From Pirellulales bacterium (GTDB lineage: Bacteria > Planctomycetota > Planctomycetia > Pirellulales > JAEUIK01): a stretch of DNA of 64,000 nt. Both the position numbers and the translations under genes were made by a program. Where the stretch lies: positions 5,050,237 to 5,114,236 of the forward strand of contig CBDDFU010000001.1 in assembly GCA_965227275.1 (NCBI GenBank), in the 5' to 3' direction. This document shows, piece by piece, positions 44,401-54,455 of the stretch (positions are counted from its first letter, which is position 1; every line of letters begins with the position of its first letter). Under the pieces are notes generated by a model. The model saw nothing but the letters and a program-made list of their open reading frames with translations. It ran no database searches and was not told the origin of the DNA.

Positions 44401-47198
44401 CGTTCTTCGACAACCAACAACTGACGGCCGGCTTCCAGGGCCGCGGCAAGATTGTCTCGCTCGACGAGAATCGGGCCCAGGCTGCGAAGCGTGGAGGCCA
44501 GCAACATCAACTCGGAGTCCACGATTTCGTCATTGTTCTCGATGTACCCCTGGCATAATTCCAGCGATCTTTGCAAGGCGACGGTGGCTTGCTCTGGCGC
44601 GTTGATGCGATCGTACAGGGTGCCAATGTCCAGGAATTCGTTCGCCGCGCTGGGCGGATCTTGTTCGGCCACATGTTCGTAAACCTCGCTGGCGCGGTCG
44701 AGTAGGTCTTTGGCCTGTTCGAACTTAATGGCGTCTGCGAGCACGAAGGCATGATTGTAGAGAATGCGGCCGCAGAACGAGTCGGTCTCATCGTAGTGCT
44801 GAAGCCAGATCGAAAGCGCCTCTTCAAAGCAGGCCGCGGACTCGTCAAATTGTTCGGTTGCCGTATACAAGATGCCCAACTGATTGAGCGTGGCGGCATA
44901 CTCGGTGTGATCTTTACCGAAATAACGAGCGTCGATGTCGCGGACGCGTTCGAGTAACGGGCGAGCTTCTTCAAAACGATCTTGCAGTCGGTAGGTGGTT
45001 CCGAGTTCGTAGAGGGCTAGCGAAAGATAGTCTTCGTAGTCCGGGGCGTGCTGTTCGAAAATTTCCACGGCTTCTTTCAGCAGTGGTTCAGCCTCGGAGT
45101 AACGTTCCGATTCGGTATACAGAGATCCGAGGCTTGTGAGTCGGTCTGCATATTCAAACGCCACGGCGCCGGCATAGTCCTTGGTTACCTGCAAGGCTTC
45201 TTGCAGAAGCGGCTCGGCATGCATGTTGTCGCCCGTCCTGAGATACAGCGAGCCCAAATCATACAGGCCCATCGCATAGGACGAGGGATCGTCTTCACGG
45301 TAGCGGCGAAACAGCAGCAGCGCTTGCTTGAACAGAATTTCCGCCTGGGTATAGTCGCCCTCATCACTCTTGATGCTGCCGAGATAGCTGATGGCGTCGG
45401 CATAGTAGAGGTCGTACTCGTAGCCAAAATCGCTTTGGGAGCTGACTTCGCTCGAGAGTCGATCGTAGATCTCCAAGGCAGTTGCAAAGAGCGGCGTGGC
45501 GCGGTCGTAATCACCTGTCGAGAAAAACAGACGACCTTGGTCGGCTAAGGCCGTCGCGTAGCGGGGGTCATTATGACCAAGCACGCGACTGAAGATGGCC
45601 TCTGCCTCGCGATAGAGCGGTTCCGCTTCATCGTAACGCTCCAGGGGGAGTAGAAGATCGGCGACCTTGTGAGCCTTCCAGGCGTAATGGATGTGCTGGC
45701 GACCGTGGACTTTCTCCACGATTTGCATCGCTTGTTCTGCCTTGACCAGCGCGGCTTCGTAGTCTTGCTCTTCCTGATCGAGGCGGTGCGCCTCGTCGTA
45801 AAGGTTATCGGCCTCACGAAGTTGCGCGATCTCCTCGGGCTTCAACCCTTGTCTTTCTTTCAGGTCGTCGATTTCGACATCGAGGTTGGTTACGAGCCAG
45901 TGCGTGGGGCCGAACCGCTGAGCCCTCATTTCGTGAGCTTCAAGAAGGGATTCTAGCGCCTCGGCAAAATGGTCCTGACGGGACTCCTGTCTTGCGATTT
46001 CGATCAGGGCAGTAGCCAGGTTGGTTAGCGTGATGTCGTAGTCCAGGTTTGTGTCGCCCTCGGCAGGGCGAATGATATCCAGGGCTTCCCGGTACAGCGG
46101 CACCGCCTCGTCGTATCTCTCCGTGCCGTCATAGAGGGTGGCGAGATTGTTGATGGCCGTTGAATAGCTGGAGTGCTGGTTTCCAAAGGCCGCCTCTTGA
46201 ATCTTGATCGACCGCAAGTAGTAGGCTTCGGCACGATCGTAGTCTTCCACGTACAAGCTGTGCTCGGCCAGAAGGTCGAGCGTCCAGCCATAGTGCGGAT
46301 GCTCTGCGCCCACGGTGTTTTCCAGAATCTGGAGTATGTCCTTGAGTTGGTCCTCGGCCTGGTCGAGGTTTCTCAATGCCAGATTGCAGCGGGCAATTTC
46401 GAGAAGCATGACCGCGGTGAACATGTGGTTCCGGCCAAAATGCTTCAGATAGCCGGTGAGCGCATCTTCCCGAAATTCAATCGCGTCCAAATAGCGACGC
46501 TGATTGATCATCACCAGGGCCTGCTCTTCTGAGTCGAGCATTTGCCATCGTTCGTCCGGGTCCATGTCCTCCAAAGTGTCGAGGTAATCCAAGAAGGTGC
46601 TGTTGTCTTTTACCCGCCAACTGTCCTCCCCGAACACGGCGGTCGTGATCTTTCTAGATCGAAGCGCCGTGGCTCTGGCTTTGTCGAGCTGATCGTCGAA
46701 TGCGTAGAGATCAATGAGTGTGTCCAGGGTCTCGGCGACTTCGGCATGTTGCTCGCCATAAATGGCAATTTCGAGTTCGAGTTGTTTTTCGTGTTCCTCG
46801 ATTGCCAGAACCGTCTTGCCCTGACGTGCATATTCGGCCGCGCGTTCCTTGATGCGATCTCGCTCGGCCAGCCTGGGGTCCCTCTCCGGCTTCTTCGCAG
46901 TGGGTTTGGGCGCCGCGTCCTGCGGTTCGGCTTCGTCCGCCACCCGCTGCACGAGCGGCATCTCCACGACCCTGTTTTTCGTATCGACCTTGGTCGTGTC
47001 GGCAACGTCGTTCGTGTTGACTTGGGCGGCCCTTGTCGTCACAGGTGGAGTTTGAAGTTCGCGGGCGGTATCCGCCGTATCTACAGTCTGCGAGCACCCG
47101 CATAGCAGGGTTGGGGGCAAACTCAGCACAAGGGCGATCCCCAATGTACGGAGCAATCCAGCAAGGCCGCCGCGACCCTGTGGCCAGAGAGTCTTCAT
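41424..47198 (-). CDS. TPR-repeat CHAT-domain protease, predicted lipoprotein
   Basis: Start at ATG 47198 (MKTLW...). Signal plus lipobox-like LLCGCS. More than 1000 aa of TPR-type repeats. The C-terminal CHAT domain has catalytic-dyad contexts VLHVATHGFF and VVLSACESGLG. Confidence 0.85.
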   Translation of the reverse strand: MKTLWPQGRGGLAGLLRTLGIALVLSLPPTLLCGCSQTVDTADTARELQTPPVTTRAAQVNTNDVADTTKVDTKNRVVEMPLVQRVADEAEPQDAAPKPTAKKPERDPRLAERDRIKERAAEYARQGKTVLAIEEHEKQLELEIAIYGEQHAEVAETLDTLIDLYAFDDQLDKARATALRSRKITTAVFGEDSWRVKDNSTFLDYLDTLEDMDPDERWQMLDSEEQALVMINQRRYLDAIEFREDALTGYLKHFGRNHMFTAVMLLEIARCNLALRNLDQAEDQLKDILQILENTVGAEHPHYGWTLDLLAEHSLYVEDYDRAEAYYLRSIKIQEAAFGNQHSSYSTAINNLATLYDGTERYDEAVPLYREALDIIRPAEGDTNLDYDITLTNLATALIEIARQESRQDHFAEALESLLEAHEMRAQRFGPTHWLVTNLDVEIDDLKERQGLKPEEIAQLREADNLYDEAHRLDQEEQDYEAALVKAEQAMQIVEKVHGRQHIHYAWKAHKVADLLLPLERYDEAEPLYREAEAIFSRVLGHNDPRYATALADQGRLFFSTGDYDRATPLFATALEIYDRLSSEVSSQSDFGYEYDLYYADAISYLGSIKSDEGDYTQAEILFKQALLLFRRYREDDPSSYAMGLYDLGSLYLRTGDNMHAEPLLQEALQVTKDYAGAVAFEYADRLTSLGSLYTESERYSEAEPLLKEAVEIFEQHAPDYEDYLSLALYELGTTYRLQDRFEEARPLLERVRDIDARYFGKDHTEYAATLNQLGILYTATEQFDESAACFEEALSIWLQHYDETDSFCGRILYNHAFVLADAIKFEQAKDLLDRASEVYEHVAEQDPPSAANEFLDIGTLYDRINAPEQATVALQRSLELCQGYIENNDEIVDSELMLLASTLRSLGPILVERDNLAAALEAGRQLLVVEERLYGVHHWHFTDAELNLGEIKHLSTLDNDELDKLERADGAIAHAHDLLEEGKPDEAFNSKQKGYELYEEVLGKNHRDTISLLIELSEFATEIGNRTASEPLLAEAVKRRELLLGRLHPDYSVIVTKIGDLYRGLGQYAQAEHYLKLALEIDNEIYGQNHEWYAQDLMNLAGLYNQITNPSQGLPLARQAADIFQRLRGEENSNYLESLNLIAIFYQSLRDFEAARELYEHVLTKRIESLGEEDPDTLNSMSNLAVLLTDTGDFEGAEKRMLHVLEVRQKQSGERSKIAAMLMRNLGDLHYNQGHLDQALEFYTNSLAIRQEIDGPTHPVVAELEGLIARTYVRQGNYAEAEPMLRSTLEAQLENPDENLTDIAGGYFWLAKLCYATDRVPEAIENLDQSLLLDQKLVERLSTLTERDIQANHQAQAYKLDYLIAMAASTQGDEATVRKAFDWTLRRKAAVLDTMCRLRAVEDVFDLEPEIAREANRLRELRQEIADLALNPPAGKTPSEIEALKEPLEREAQEVESSLRRTLQNRRSTQIAELPNAEQVRQRLPKEAALVEFVRALVFDNDPGSTYFSAEHYFAFVINAKNPMVQMIDLGDADEIDSLIEQLREETENTPQGLRVIGEAGLEAGFSELSNELYRKIFLPLTDALGNATTILLAPDRALHMVPFAALVDNDGKYLIESLHIGHLSTGRDLLRTFEETGRGTAVFAGPNYDLLLADRVNKANELRDMVPSAFALAMRGDGTETRSMRWRHLAGAEQEASDVQEAVESTDYGPVKMHVGDAALEDLFKEIHSPRVLHVATHGFFIKQREEEVAEFAPETLPTDDRYAAAVGFARLRNSSDPLMRSGLVLAGANDLISSGEESAAAEDGWVTAAEIAMLDLNGTEMVVLSACESGLGDISTREGVFGLRRSFFHAGAHALVTSLFKVPDNETRLLMQRFYQELAAGKSKLDALREAQLSVIERRRATEEAAHPFFWASFVLVGDPS

Positions 47199-47388
47199 CG
47201 CCGAAATGACTGGTGGGTTGAATCTCACGGTTTTCCTGGATCATGTTTTGCGGCCGTTCGGAACTGCAAGAGGATCGGCATCCTCGCTGCAGACCAGATG
47301 GCTCAAGAAAAAACCGTGCGCCTCGCACGAGGCGAAACACACGGCTATGAATCGAATGTAGTCTAAAATGTGCCTGGGGTGGTAGAAC

Positions 47389-47892
47389 TTACTCTTCTTC
47401 CACGTAAGGCAGCAGTTCCTTGCGAAGCTCTGGCTTGCGGAAGAACGCCATCAACAATTCGTCATACAGAATCTGCGGCGTCGCGCTCGAAAGCCAGAAC
47501 GAGCTGTTGTAGTAGACGTTACCGTTGTCGGCATTCACGCTGATATTGCCCGGTTTCATGGTGTCGTTGATCGTGGCGATTCGACGCAGCATTCCTGCCG
47601 AGTGCCTGAAGCCCTCGGGCACGCTGACAATCGTAGTCCACAACCAGACGACATCAACCGGATCACCATCGTCGTCTTCCCACATGGTGCTGGTGCCACA
47701 GACGATTAATACCGCCCGATCTTCGTTGTTGATCGTTACTTTGTAGATTCCATCCTTCTCGCTGTAATCCAGTCCTGCACCATCCAGCAGGCCCTTCAAG
47801 GTGGTTCCCTGCGCCGATGCGGTGCTGGAGACGAGTGCCGTAAGACAGATGACCGCCAAGACGGCCGTGCGGCGAAACATACTCAAAGCCAT
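47389..47892 (-). CDS. secreted YbjN-like protein (tentative)
   Basis: Start at ATG 47892 (MALSMFRRTAVLAVICLTALVSSTASAQG signal peptide). About 140 aa mature, mixed alpha/beta. The resemblance to the YbjN family is weak. Confidence 0.45.
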   Translation of the reverse strand: MALSMFRRTAVLAVICLTALVSSTASAQGTTLKGLLDGAGLDYSEKDGIYKVTINNEDRAVLIVCGTSTMWEDDDGDPVDVVWLWTTIVSVPEGFRHSAGMLRRIATINDTMKPGNISVNADNGNVYYNSSFWLSSATPQILYDELLMAFFRKPELRKELLPYVEEE

Positions 47893-47947
47893 TGATACTT
47901 CCCCTGATAGTTCGTTTGAGAGGCAATACGATAGGTTACGTGACAGT

Positions 47948-49804
47948 TTATCGGATAGACCGTTCCGGAATCTGTACGACAATGATCTCGGCGACCTCGC
48001 CTTTGCGGATGCGAACGGCGATTCCTAGATCTCGGTAGAACCGATAGTTAATCTCAGGATCGTAGAGTTGTCTATAGTCATACATCAAGTCGCCCAGCAC
48101 TGCGTCCAGATCGTCGCGGGACATACCCACGCTAATTTCTTCGATTTCGGTCGCGACGCCAGAGGCTCGCAACTGCACCGCGGGGCTATCCGGTTCGGTG
48201 AGCCAGATTGCCAGCACCTGATCGGTGGCTAGCAAATCGACCGCGTGATCGGGATAGCGAAGCTTCTTGAAGAGCGTACGTCGAACGACCGGAAGCGATT
48301 CTCCTTCGCCCAAGGCCGCTTCAACTTCGCGAAGCCTTTCGGTTAGCCGGATGACTTCCCCGTCGGTTAAGGTGAGCGAAGTCACGGGACGGAAGGTCTC
48401 GGTTCTTCGCCCCTGCAATTCGGTTTCGGATTGGGCGTCGACACCCACGGCTTCGCATAGATCAACGTACTTCTTGTAGGCCAGTCCCCACCAGGCCGAC
48501 GAGGGCCCAATGGTGCGGAGGTACTGTTCGTACAGCTTGACGCCCTGCTTTTTGTCGTCGGGGTCGTTCGAGTTGGACAGCAAAGTGGCCTGCTGATACA
48601 TCAGAGAACCGGTGATGCCTGATCCCACGGCGGATTCCGAAGAAAACGACCGCTGCAGCTCTTGGGCCAACTCGAAGCGAGCATTCGCCTCGTCGGTTCG
48701 GCCTGCGGCCAAATCAGCCACGGCTGCGTTCGCTAGAACCGATGCCCGGGCGAGTGCGTCAGCGCCATTTTCTTCTTCGGCCAGTTTCGCGGCGATTTCG
48801 AAGTATTGAGTGGCTTCGCCAACTCTTTTACCCTCGGGATGTACGAGATAAGCGACACCGAGGTTGGCTGCGGCGACCATGGAGTCGGGGTTCAATCGGA
48901 GAGCTTCCCGCAGGGCCCCAACCGCCTCAAACCACAGTGATTCGTCAGGCCCCCTTTTGATCAGCTCACCCGGACGTGCGTAGAACCCACCCACGGCCAA
49001 TTGGCCGATATCAAAATACTGCAAGTCTTCGGAGCTGAGTGCATCACAGTATTCCATCAGTCGGGCGTAGCCGAGATTTGCCCAGGCTTCGGCCGAACCG
49101 GGGAACTCTTTCGTCACGTTCTCGAAACAAAAGATGGCCGCCGGGTATTGCTCGAACATGATGAAGTACACACCGTTCTTGAAGGCGCTCATCGAGCGCC
49201 AGAGGTTTTCATCATCTTCGTCGATGTAGGCGCCACGATCATTCCAGGATGGGTGATCGGCATTCAGGCCTTCGAACGAGGTGTATTCTTGGCCCAAGGC
49301 GATCATCTGCCGGATCATTCCCAGGCATTCTTTCTTGCTATATCCGGCCGCCAGAGCAAGCTCCAGGCCAAGCAAATCAGCTTCTTCCTCCTGTGCCCGG
49401 GTCGCTGCGAATTCTACCAACGGTGTCGAAGGTCGCCGCGTTCCGCGATCGACATGTTTACAGAGGATGTGCGATAGCTCGTGGCCCAAGAGGTAGGCCA
49501 AGCGATCGGGTTTCCCTTCGATCACCTTTTCGAGGATGCCCCGATAAAGGAAAATCAACGGCTGCGGTTCATCGGGGTTCTCGTAGTCGAGCGTGGCATA
49601 CGCGTTGAGAACGTCTTCGTCGATAAAGTCCAGCTTCGGTGGCCAGGCATACCCTTCCACGGGTTCGGCCACGATGAGTAGTTTTCCCCAAACTTCTTCG
49701 GCGATTTTTTGATCCCTCTCACTGATTTCGGCTTGGGCGGTGGTGGCGAATAGGGTGAGCGGAATGCAGAGCATCATCGCTCGCCAGTGTTTACGTACAT
49801 TCAT
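47948..49804 (-). CDS. M48-family zinc metalloprotease with C-terminal TPR region (BepA-like), secreted
   Basis: Start at ATG 49804 (MNVRKHWRAMMLCIPLTLFATTAQA signal). HELSHILCKH (HExxH) plus downstream QEEEADLLG, the M48 third-ligand region. TPR-like helices in the C-terminal half. Confidence 0.75.
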   Translation of the reverse strand: MNVRKHWRAMMLCIPLTLFATTAQAEISERDQKIAEEVWGKLLIVAEPVEGYAWPPKLDFIDEDVLNAYATLDYENPDEPQPLIFLYRGILEKVIEGKPDRLAYLLGHELSHILCKHVDRGTRRPSTPLVEFAATRAQEEEADLLGLELALAAGYSKKECLGMIRQMIALGQEYTSFEGLNADHPSWNDRGAYIDEDDENLWRSMSAFKNGVYFIMFEQYPAAIFCFENVTKEFPGSAEAWANLGYARLMEYCDALSSEDLQYFDIGQLAVGGFYARPGELIKRGPDESLWFEAVGALREALRLNPDSMVAAANLGVAYLVHPEGKRVGEATQYFEIAAKLAEEENGADALARASVLANAAVADLAAGRTDEANARFELAQELQRSFSSESAVGSGITGSLMYQQATLLSNSNDPDDKKQGVKLYEQYLRTIGPSSAWWGLAYKKYVDLCEAVGVDAQSETELQGRRTETFRPVTSLTLTDGEVIRLTERLREVEAALGEGESLPVVRRTLFKKLRYPDHAVDLLATDQVLAIWLTEPDSPAVQLRASGVATEIEEISVGMSRDDLDAVLGDLMYDYRQLYDPEINYRFYRDLGIAVRIRKGEVAEIIVVQIPERSIR

Positions 49805-49903
49805 CGCAGTATCTCCAGATATCGGTAAGGGCATAGCGGTCCGGCGAGCGCACGCTGGGTGCACGTCGCTGTGAGGAGCCAGGCCGAGTTTTCAATGTGC
49901 GAA

Positions 49904-50392
49904 CTACTTTCCGACGTTGTCAGAAAGGTCGAGCGACGGAATGTTCTTGAGGTCGGGCTTACTTTGCGTCTTCAGCTGCGAGACCGGTTGTAGGTTCGAG
50001 ACCTTGGCTTCGGTTCGTTTTGCGTCGCGGTCCGAAAGGGCATTCAGCGCCGATTCGTTTGGCTTTAGATTTGCCAGCTTGCTGGGGTCGGCTGCCATCC
50101 CTGCTTGAAGTTTGGGCGCTTCGAGCTTCTGGGTGCTGAGCCCCTGTTTCGGCGAGAGGTTAAACACTTGGGGGCGGAGCTGGACCACGTTCGATTTTCC
50201 CGTGGGCTGGCTATCCGCAGCCAGCGAAGAGCGGGTCTTGATGGCCGGTGCGGGGTTTGTCTCCGCGGCGGCTTCAGGCAGCGTCAACTGCTTGTTGTCG
50301 CTGGTGGAAATCTGGTTTCGCGGATCATCGCCAGCCGCTGTTTGGCCGAGTCCTGCAAGTACTGCCACGCCCAAATATCCGAGCTTTTTCAT
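49904..50392 (-). CDS. secreted low-complexity protein
   Basis: Start at ATG 50392 (MKKLGYLGVAVLAGLG signal). Pro/Ala/Gln/Lys-rich with repeated LKP/LQP-type segments. No family recognised. Confidence 0.4.
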   Translation of the reverse strand: MKKLGYLGVAVLAGLGQTAAGDDPRNQISTSDNKQLTLPEAAAETNPAPAIKTRSSLAADSQPTGKSNVVQLRPQVFNLSPKQGLSTQKLEAPKLQAGMAADPSKLANLKPNESALNALSDRDAKRTEAKVSNLQPVSQLKTQSKPDLKNIPSLDLSDNVGK

Positions 50393-50797
50393 CGTTCTAC
50401 CTTCATGCTGAAACCTAGGGAATTGTTCAATCCTAAGTCGTTCGACGCCCACACGCCACCATTCGTTCCCGGCATGGGGAGCAGTTTTCCAGAAAATTCA
50501 TCTCCCGACTCAAACCTGGGGTTCGGGCGACTCGGCCTGCTGCAAAATGGGCCGTATTGGATACCGTTTATGACGATAATTCTTGCCTAATGCCTGAAAA
50601 TGGTCAAAGCGAAACTACCGGTAGCGGGCGGCAAAACCGACACGGCGGCTAGGAACACGAAGTTTGCAAGAATTGTTTTCCATTTTCTGGTGCTATCGGA
50701 TATTGTCACGCCAGGAACGGCCAGCGACCTGCCCAGCGGTGAAGGTCGCCGAACGAGGCTCCGAATCCAATAAAATGGTTTGCGGTGCCCGGTTTAT

Positions 50798-52906
50798 ATG
50801 TCCACTGCCGAGATCCCAGTTGGCAAGGCAGCTCCACGTGCTCGAAAGCGAAGTTCCGGGCAGTTGTGGTGGTACGCATTCATGGCCCTGGCCGTGTTCA
50901 TCGTGTACGGACGCGTCCTTAGTTTCGATCTGTTGCTGTGGGACGACAATCTGACCATTCGTGGAAATCGCCTGCTCTTCCCTCGCGTTTCCTGGTCGAG
51001 TGTCCTTGAGTTCTTTCGGGGTCCTCAGTTCGGGATGTACATGCCCGTCACGCTTTGCTTCTTTGGATTGGAAGCATGGATTTCTCAGCAACTTCCGTGG
51101 AGCGATTCCGACGGGGTCGTTCATCCCTGGGTATTTCACGCTGGCAACCTGGTTCTACACACAGCCTGTGTGTGGCTCGTGTATCGGATCATATGCAATT
51201 TGAAGTTGCCCCGTCGGGCTGCTGGGGCCGGAGCGTTGCTCTTTGCGTTGCACCCGTTGCAGGTTGAGCCAGTCGCCTGGGCCACGGAAACAAAAACGCT
51301 AATGGCCGCTATGTGGTCGTTGGCGGCTATCCTTTTGTATCTGCGAATCGACGCCAGGGTTTCCAGAGTCGATGGAGTAGCGTTACCGTTGTCTACGCGT
51401 CATTGGTTCGGCAAAAGTTACTTCCTGGCCAGTGTGTGCTTTGCCCTGGCGTTGATGTCCAAACCCACGGCGGTGATTGTGCCGATACTGGTGGCTTTGC
51501 TTGCGTGGGGGTTTCAAGGCCACCATTGGAAACGTCAGGCCATGGCGTTAACACCATGGCTGGCGATGTCTCTCATGATCGCCGTGCTTACCAAGAGTGT
51601 TCAGCCCGATGCCATCGTGCATCACGTGCCAGGGGTTTTGCAGCGTTTGTTGGTTGCCGGGGATGCGATCGCATTCTATCTGGCGAGAGTTTTCGTACCG
51701 GTGAATCTGGCTATTGATTACGGAAGGACGCCGCTTTCTGTATTGTCGAATCGCTGGGCAGTTGCCGTTGGGTTTATCCCGTTGGTGTTGCTGGTTGCCT
51801 TTTGGATCTACGACAGACGGGGTTCGTACCTAGTGGCCTATCTCGTCTTTGTGGTCGCCCTCTTGCCTGTGGTAGGATTCGTTCCGTTTGAGTTTCAGAA
51901 CATCTCGACTGTAGCCGACCGCTATGTCTATTTGGGCCTGCTAGGGCCCTCCGTCGCCTTGGCGGTTCTGCTCGCACGCCACCCGGGCCGCTGGTTGAGA
52001 ACTACCGCCTATGTCCTACTGGCCGTGTTCGCGATGTGTAGCTTTCGGCAGGTGCGGTTTTGGCAAAACGACGAAGTGCTATTCGCGCGTGCCCTGGAAG
52101 TGAACCCTGATAGTCATTCGGGGTTGGTGAATCTTTCCCTGGTAAGAATGCGGCAAGCTACGATTGATCCGTCTCGTTGGAAGGAAGCGGAAGATTTGCT
52201 GGGCCGTGCGTTGGAAGTGGCCCCTACACCCCAAGTTCAGGTCGAAGACCTGTCCCGGATCTCCACGGCGTATCTATCTCAGGGCAATCTTGATGCGGCG
52301 GCCGAAAACCTCTTGAAGGCGCAGGAACTGGTGCCTGATGACCCAAGGGCTTATAGCAACCTTGGTGATGTTTTGGCCGCGGCGGAACACTATGATGCGG
52401 CGCTGCAACAGTACGATCGCGCAATTGAACTAAACCCCAACTATGCGCGGCCACAGTACCGTAAAGGTGATGTGCTACGAAAGCTTTGCCGTTACGAAGA
52501 TTCGATTGCCGCGTACGAACAAGTACTCACCTCACGCCCTGCGTTGACACCCGCGCTGCGAGGCCTAGCCCTGTGTCATGCAGACCAGGGAAACAGCCAA
52601 CAGGCAATCGAGCTGTACGACGAGGCGATCGCGAGCCAGCCACAGCAGTATGTGAACTACTACGAGAAAGGGTTGCTGCTGTTCAAAGTTGGGAATTTTA
52701 ATCAAGCCGAAAAGCTCTTTCGCAGGGCAATCCAACTCAACCCACGCGCTGCCGAGGCACATAACGATTTGGCAACCACGTTGGTCAAACTCAATCGTCT
52801 GTCGGAAGCTGTACAGCACTACCGGTTGGCGCTAAAAGTTGATTCGCAGTTGGTGGATGCCCAGCAAAACCTACGCAAAGTCGAGCAGGTGCTTAGCAGG
52901 AATTGA
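50798..52906 (+). CDS. polytopic membrane protein with C-terminal TPR domain (TMTC/PMT_2 glycosyltransferase-like)
   Basis: About 400 aa of multiple TM helices, with an early F-x-x-L-L-W-DD-N motif as in TMTC/DUF1736-type proteins, followed by about 300 aa of TPRs. Start could be ATG 50798 or TTG 50780. Confidence 0.65.
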   Translation: MSTAEIPVGKAAPRARKRSSGQLWWYAFMALAVFIVYGRVLSFDLLLWDDNLTIRGNRLLFPRVSWSSVLEFFRGPQFGMYMPVTLCFFGLEAWISQQLPWSDSDGVVHPWVFHAGNLVLHTACVWLVYRIICNLKLPRRAAGAGALLFALHPLQVEPVAWATETKTLMAAMWSLAAILLYLRIDARVSRVDGVALPLSTRHWFGKSYFLASVCFALALMSKPTAVIVPILVALLAWGFQGHHWKRQAMALTPWLAMSLMIAVLTKSVQPDAIVHHVPGVLQRLLVAGDAIAFYLARVFVPVNLAIDYGRTPLSVLSNRWAVAVGFIPLVLLVAFWIYDRRGSYLVAYLVFVVALLPVVGFVPFEFQNISTVADRYVYLGLLGPSVALAVLLARHPGRWLRTTAYVLLAVFAMCSFRQVRFWQNDEVLFARALEVNPDSHSGLVNLSLVRMRQATIDPSRWKEAEDLLGRALEVAPTPQVQVEDLSRISTAYLSQGNLDAAAENLLKAQELVPDDPRAYSNLGDVLAAAEHYDAALQQYDRAIELNPNYARPQYRKGDVLRKLCRYEDSIAAYEQVLTSRPALTPALRGLALCHADQGNSQQAIELYDEAIASQPQQYVNYYEKGLLLFKVGNFNQAEKLFRRAIQLNPRAAEAHNDLATTLVKLNRLSEAVQHYRLALKVDSQLVDAQQNLRKVEQVLSRN

Positions 52907-52960
52907 TCAGCGCGGTCGCAAGGGGCTTCCGTTGAAAACTCGTGCGGCTGGTTGGCACGC

Positions 52961-54385
52961 TCAATTCAATTGGCCTGCAGGACGGACATTGGCACCGGTG
53001 CGTTTCACGGCCGAATCGCCTAAGTCGGCTCGCGCTCTTTCGACAAGCTCGAGCATGTGCTGCATCACATCAGGGTGGTCCTGAGATACGTCCTGCGTTT
53101 CGCCGATATCCTCGACCAGATTGAACAAGGCTTGCCCGATTTCGGCCTGTTCGTATTTCGCCGGGATGCCCCCCTGCCCGCCTGGGCGGCCGTTCAGCGT
53201 GCGGTAACTATGCGGCAAGTGTAACTTCCAGGGTCCGCTTCTTACGGCTTGCAGGTGTTTTCCCCAGTAGAAATAGAGTGCCTCGTGCGGGCTCTTTGCC
53301 CCTGCTTTGCCCGCCATCAGGGGCCAGATATCCTGACCGTCGATAATCCGCTCCTCGGGCAACTCGGCCCCCGTGATTCCCGCGATGGTCGGCAGAATGT
53401 CGATGGTCATTGCCGGCTCGCTGCAGACGTGGCCCTGTGGGATATGCCCCGGCCAGCGGCAAACCATTGGTTCGCGCACACCTCCGTCGAACGTCGTGCC
53501 CTTTCCTTCTCGCAGCGGTGTGGCCAACCCGGCGTGATCACCATAGCTGAGCCAGGGCCCGTTGTCCGAGGTGTAGATGACCAGGGTGTTGTCGTCGACC
53601 TTTGTTCGTCGCAAGGCATCCATAATCTGACCAACCGACCAATCGATCTCGGTGATGACATCGCCAAACAACCCTCGCTTGGTTTGCCCGTCGTGCTTTT
53701 CGGAGACGAACAAAGGGACGTGCGGCATGCTGTGCGGCACGTAGACGAAAAAAGGTTGCTTGTGATTTCGCTCGATGAAATCCACCGCCCGTTCGGTGTA
53801 CCAGGTGGTGAGTTGAGTCTGATCTGGGTTGGACTCGATCGCTTCAGTGCCTTGAATCAGCGGGAGCGGAGGAAACCCTCCTGGGCGCTCGGGGTGATAG
53901 GGCCACATATCGTTGGAATACGGTAGCCCGAAGTATTCATCGAAGCCGTGTTGAGTCGGTAAGAACTGTGGGTGGTGGCCCAAGTGCCATTTGCCGAAGA
54001 TGGCAGTTGTGTACCCTTCGTCTTGAAGCAATTCGGCAAGCGTGAGTTCATATGCATTGATTCCGTGGCGACTCTTCGGGCCAAGTGCCCCCAGGATTCC
54101 GACGCGATTCGAATAGCATCCCGTCAGCAGGGCCGCACGCGAGGCGGAACAAACCGGTTGGGCCACATAGAAGTCGGTGAACCTCGCACCTTCCGCGGCC
54201 AGGCGATCGATGTTTGGCGTCTCGAAGCCTTCAGCACCATAACAACCCAAGTCGGCATAACCTTGATCGTCGGCGAAGATAAGCACGATGTTCGGACGCT
54301 CGTGTTCCGCCGCGTCGCAAATCGCCGCCTGGCTTGCGATGCCGATCAGTATTGCAGAGAAGAAAACGGTTGCCCGATAAAGCAT
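52961..54385 (-). CDS. arylsulfatase (formylglycine-dependent type I sulfatase)
   Basis: Start at ATG 54385 with a signal peptide. [16 protein letters not shown], the FGly motif [11 protein letters not shown], and GKWHLG. Confidence 0.9.
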   Translation of the reverse strand: MLYRATVFFSAILIGIASQAAICDAAEHERPNIVLIFADDQGYADLGCYGAEGFETPNIDRLAAEGARFTDFYVAQPVCSASRAALLTGCYSNRVGILGALGPKSRHGINAYELTLAELLQDEGYTTAIFGKWHLGHHPQFLPTQHGFDEYFGLPYSNDMWPYHPERPGGFPPLPLIQGTEAIESNPDQTQLTTWYTERAVDFIERNHKQPFFVYVPHSMPHVPLFVSEKHDGQTKRGLFGDVITEIDWSVGQIMDALRRTKVDDNTLVIYTSDNGPWLSYGDHAGLATPLREGKGTTFDGGVREPMVCRWPGHIPQGHVCSEPAMTIDILPTIAGITGAELPEERIIDGQDIWPLMAGKAGAKSPHEALYFYWGKHLQAVRSGPWKLHLPHSYRTLNGRPGGQGGIPAKYEQAEIGQALFNLVEDIGETQDVSQDHPDVMQHMLELVERARADLGDSAVKRTGANVRPAGQLN

Positions 54386-54455
54386 GGTATTCTCTCGCTT
54401 GAAATTTCGAGTTCCGAGAATTGCTAGGTTCTTTGCGATTATGCCCAAAGCGATT

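Noticed and set aside
41424-47198. Repetitive pattern in the CHAT gene, considered as a DNA-level repeat array or CRISPR
   Set aside because: The periodicity is at protein level (TPR units of about 40 aa with divergent DNA). I saw no identical short direct repeats with unique spacers anywhere in the window.
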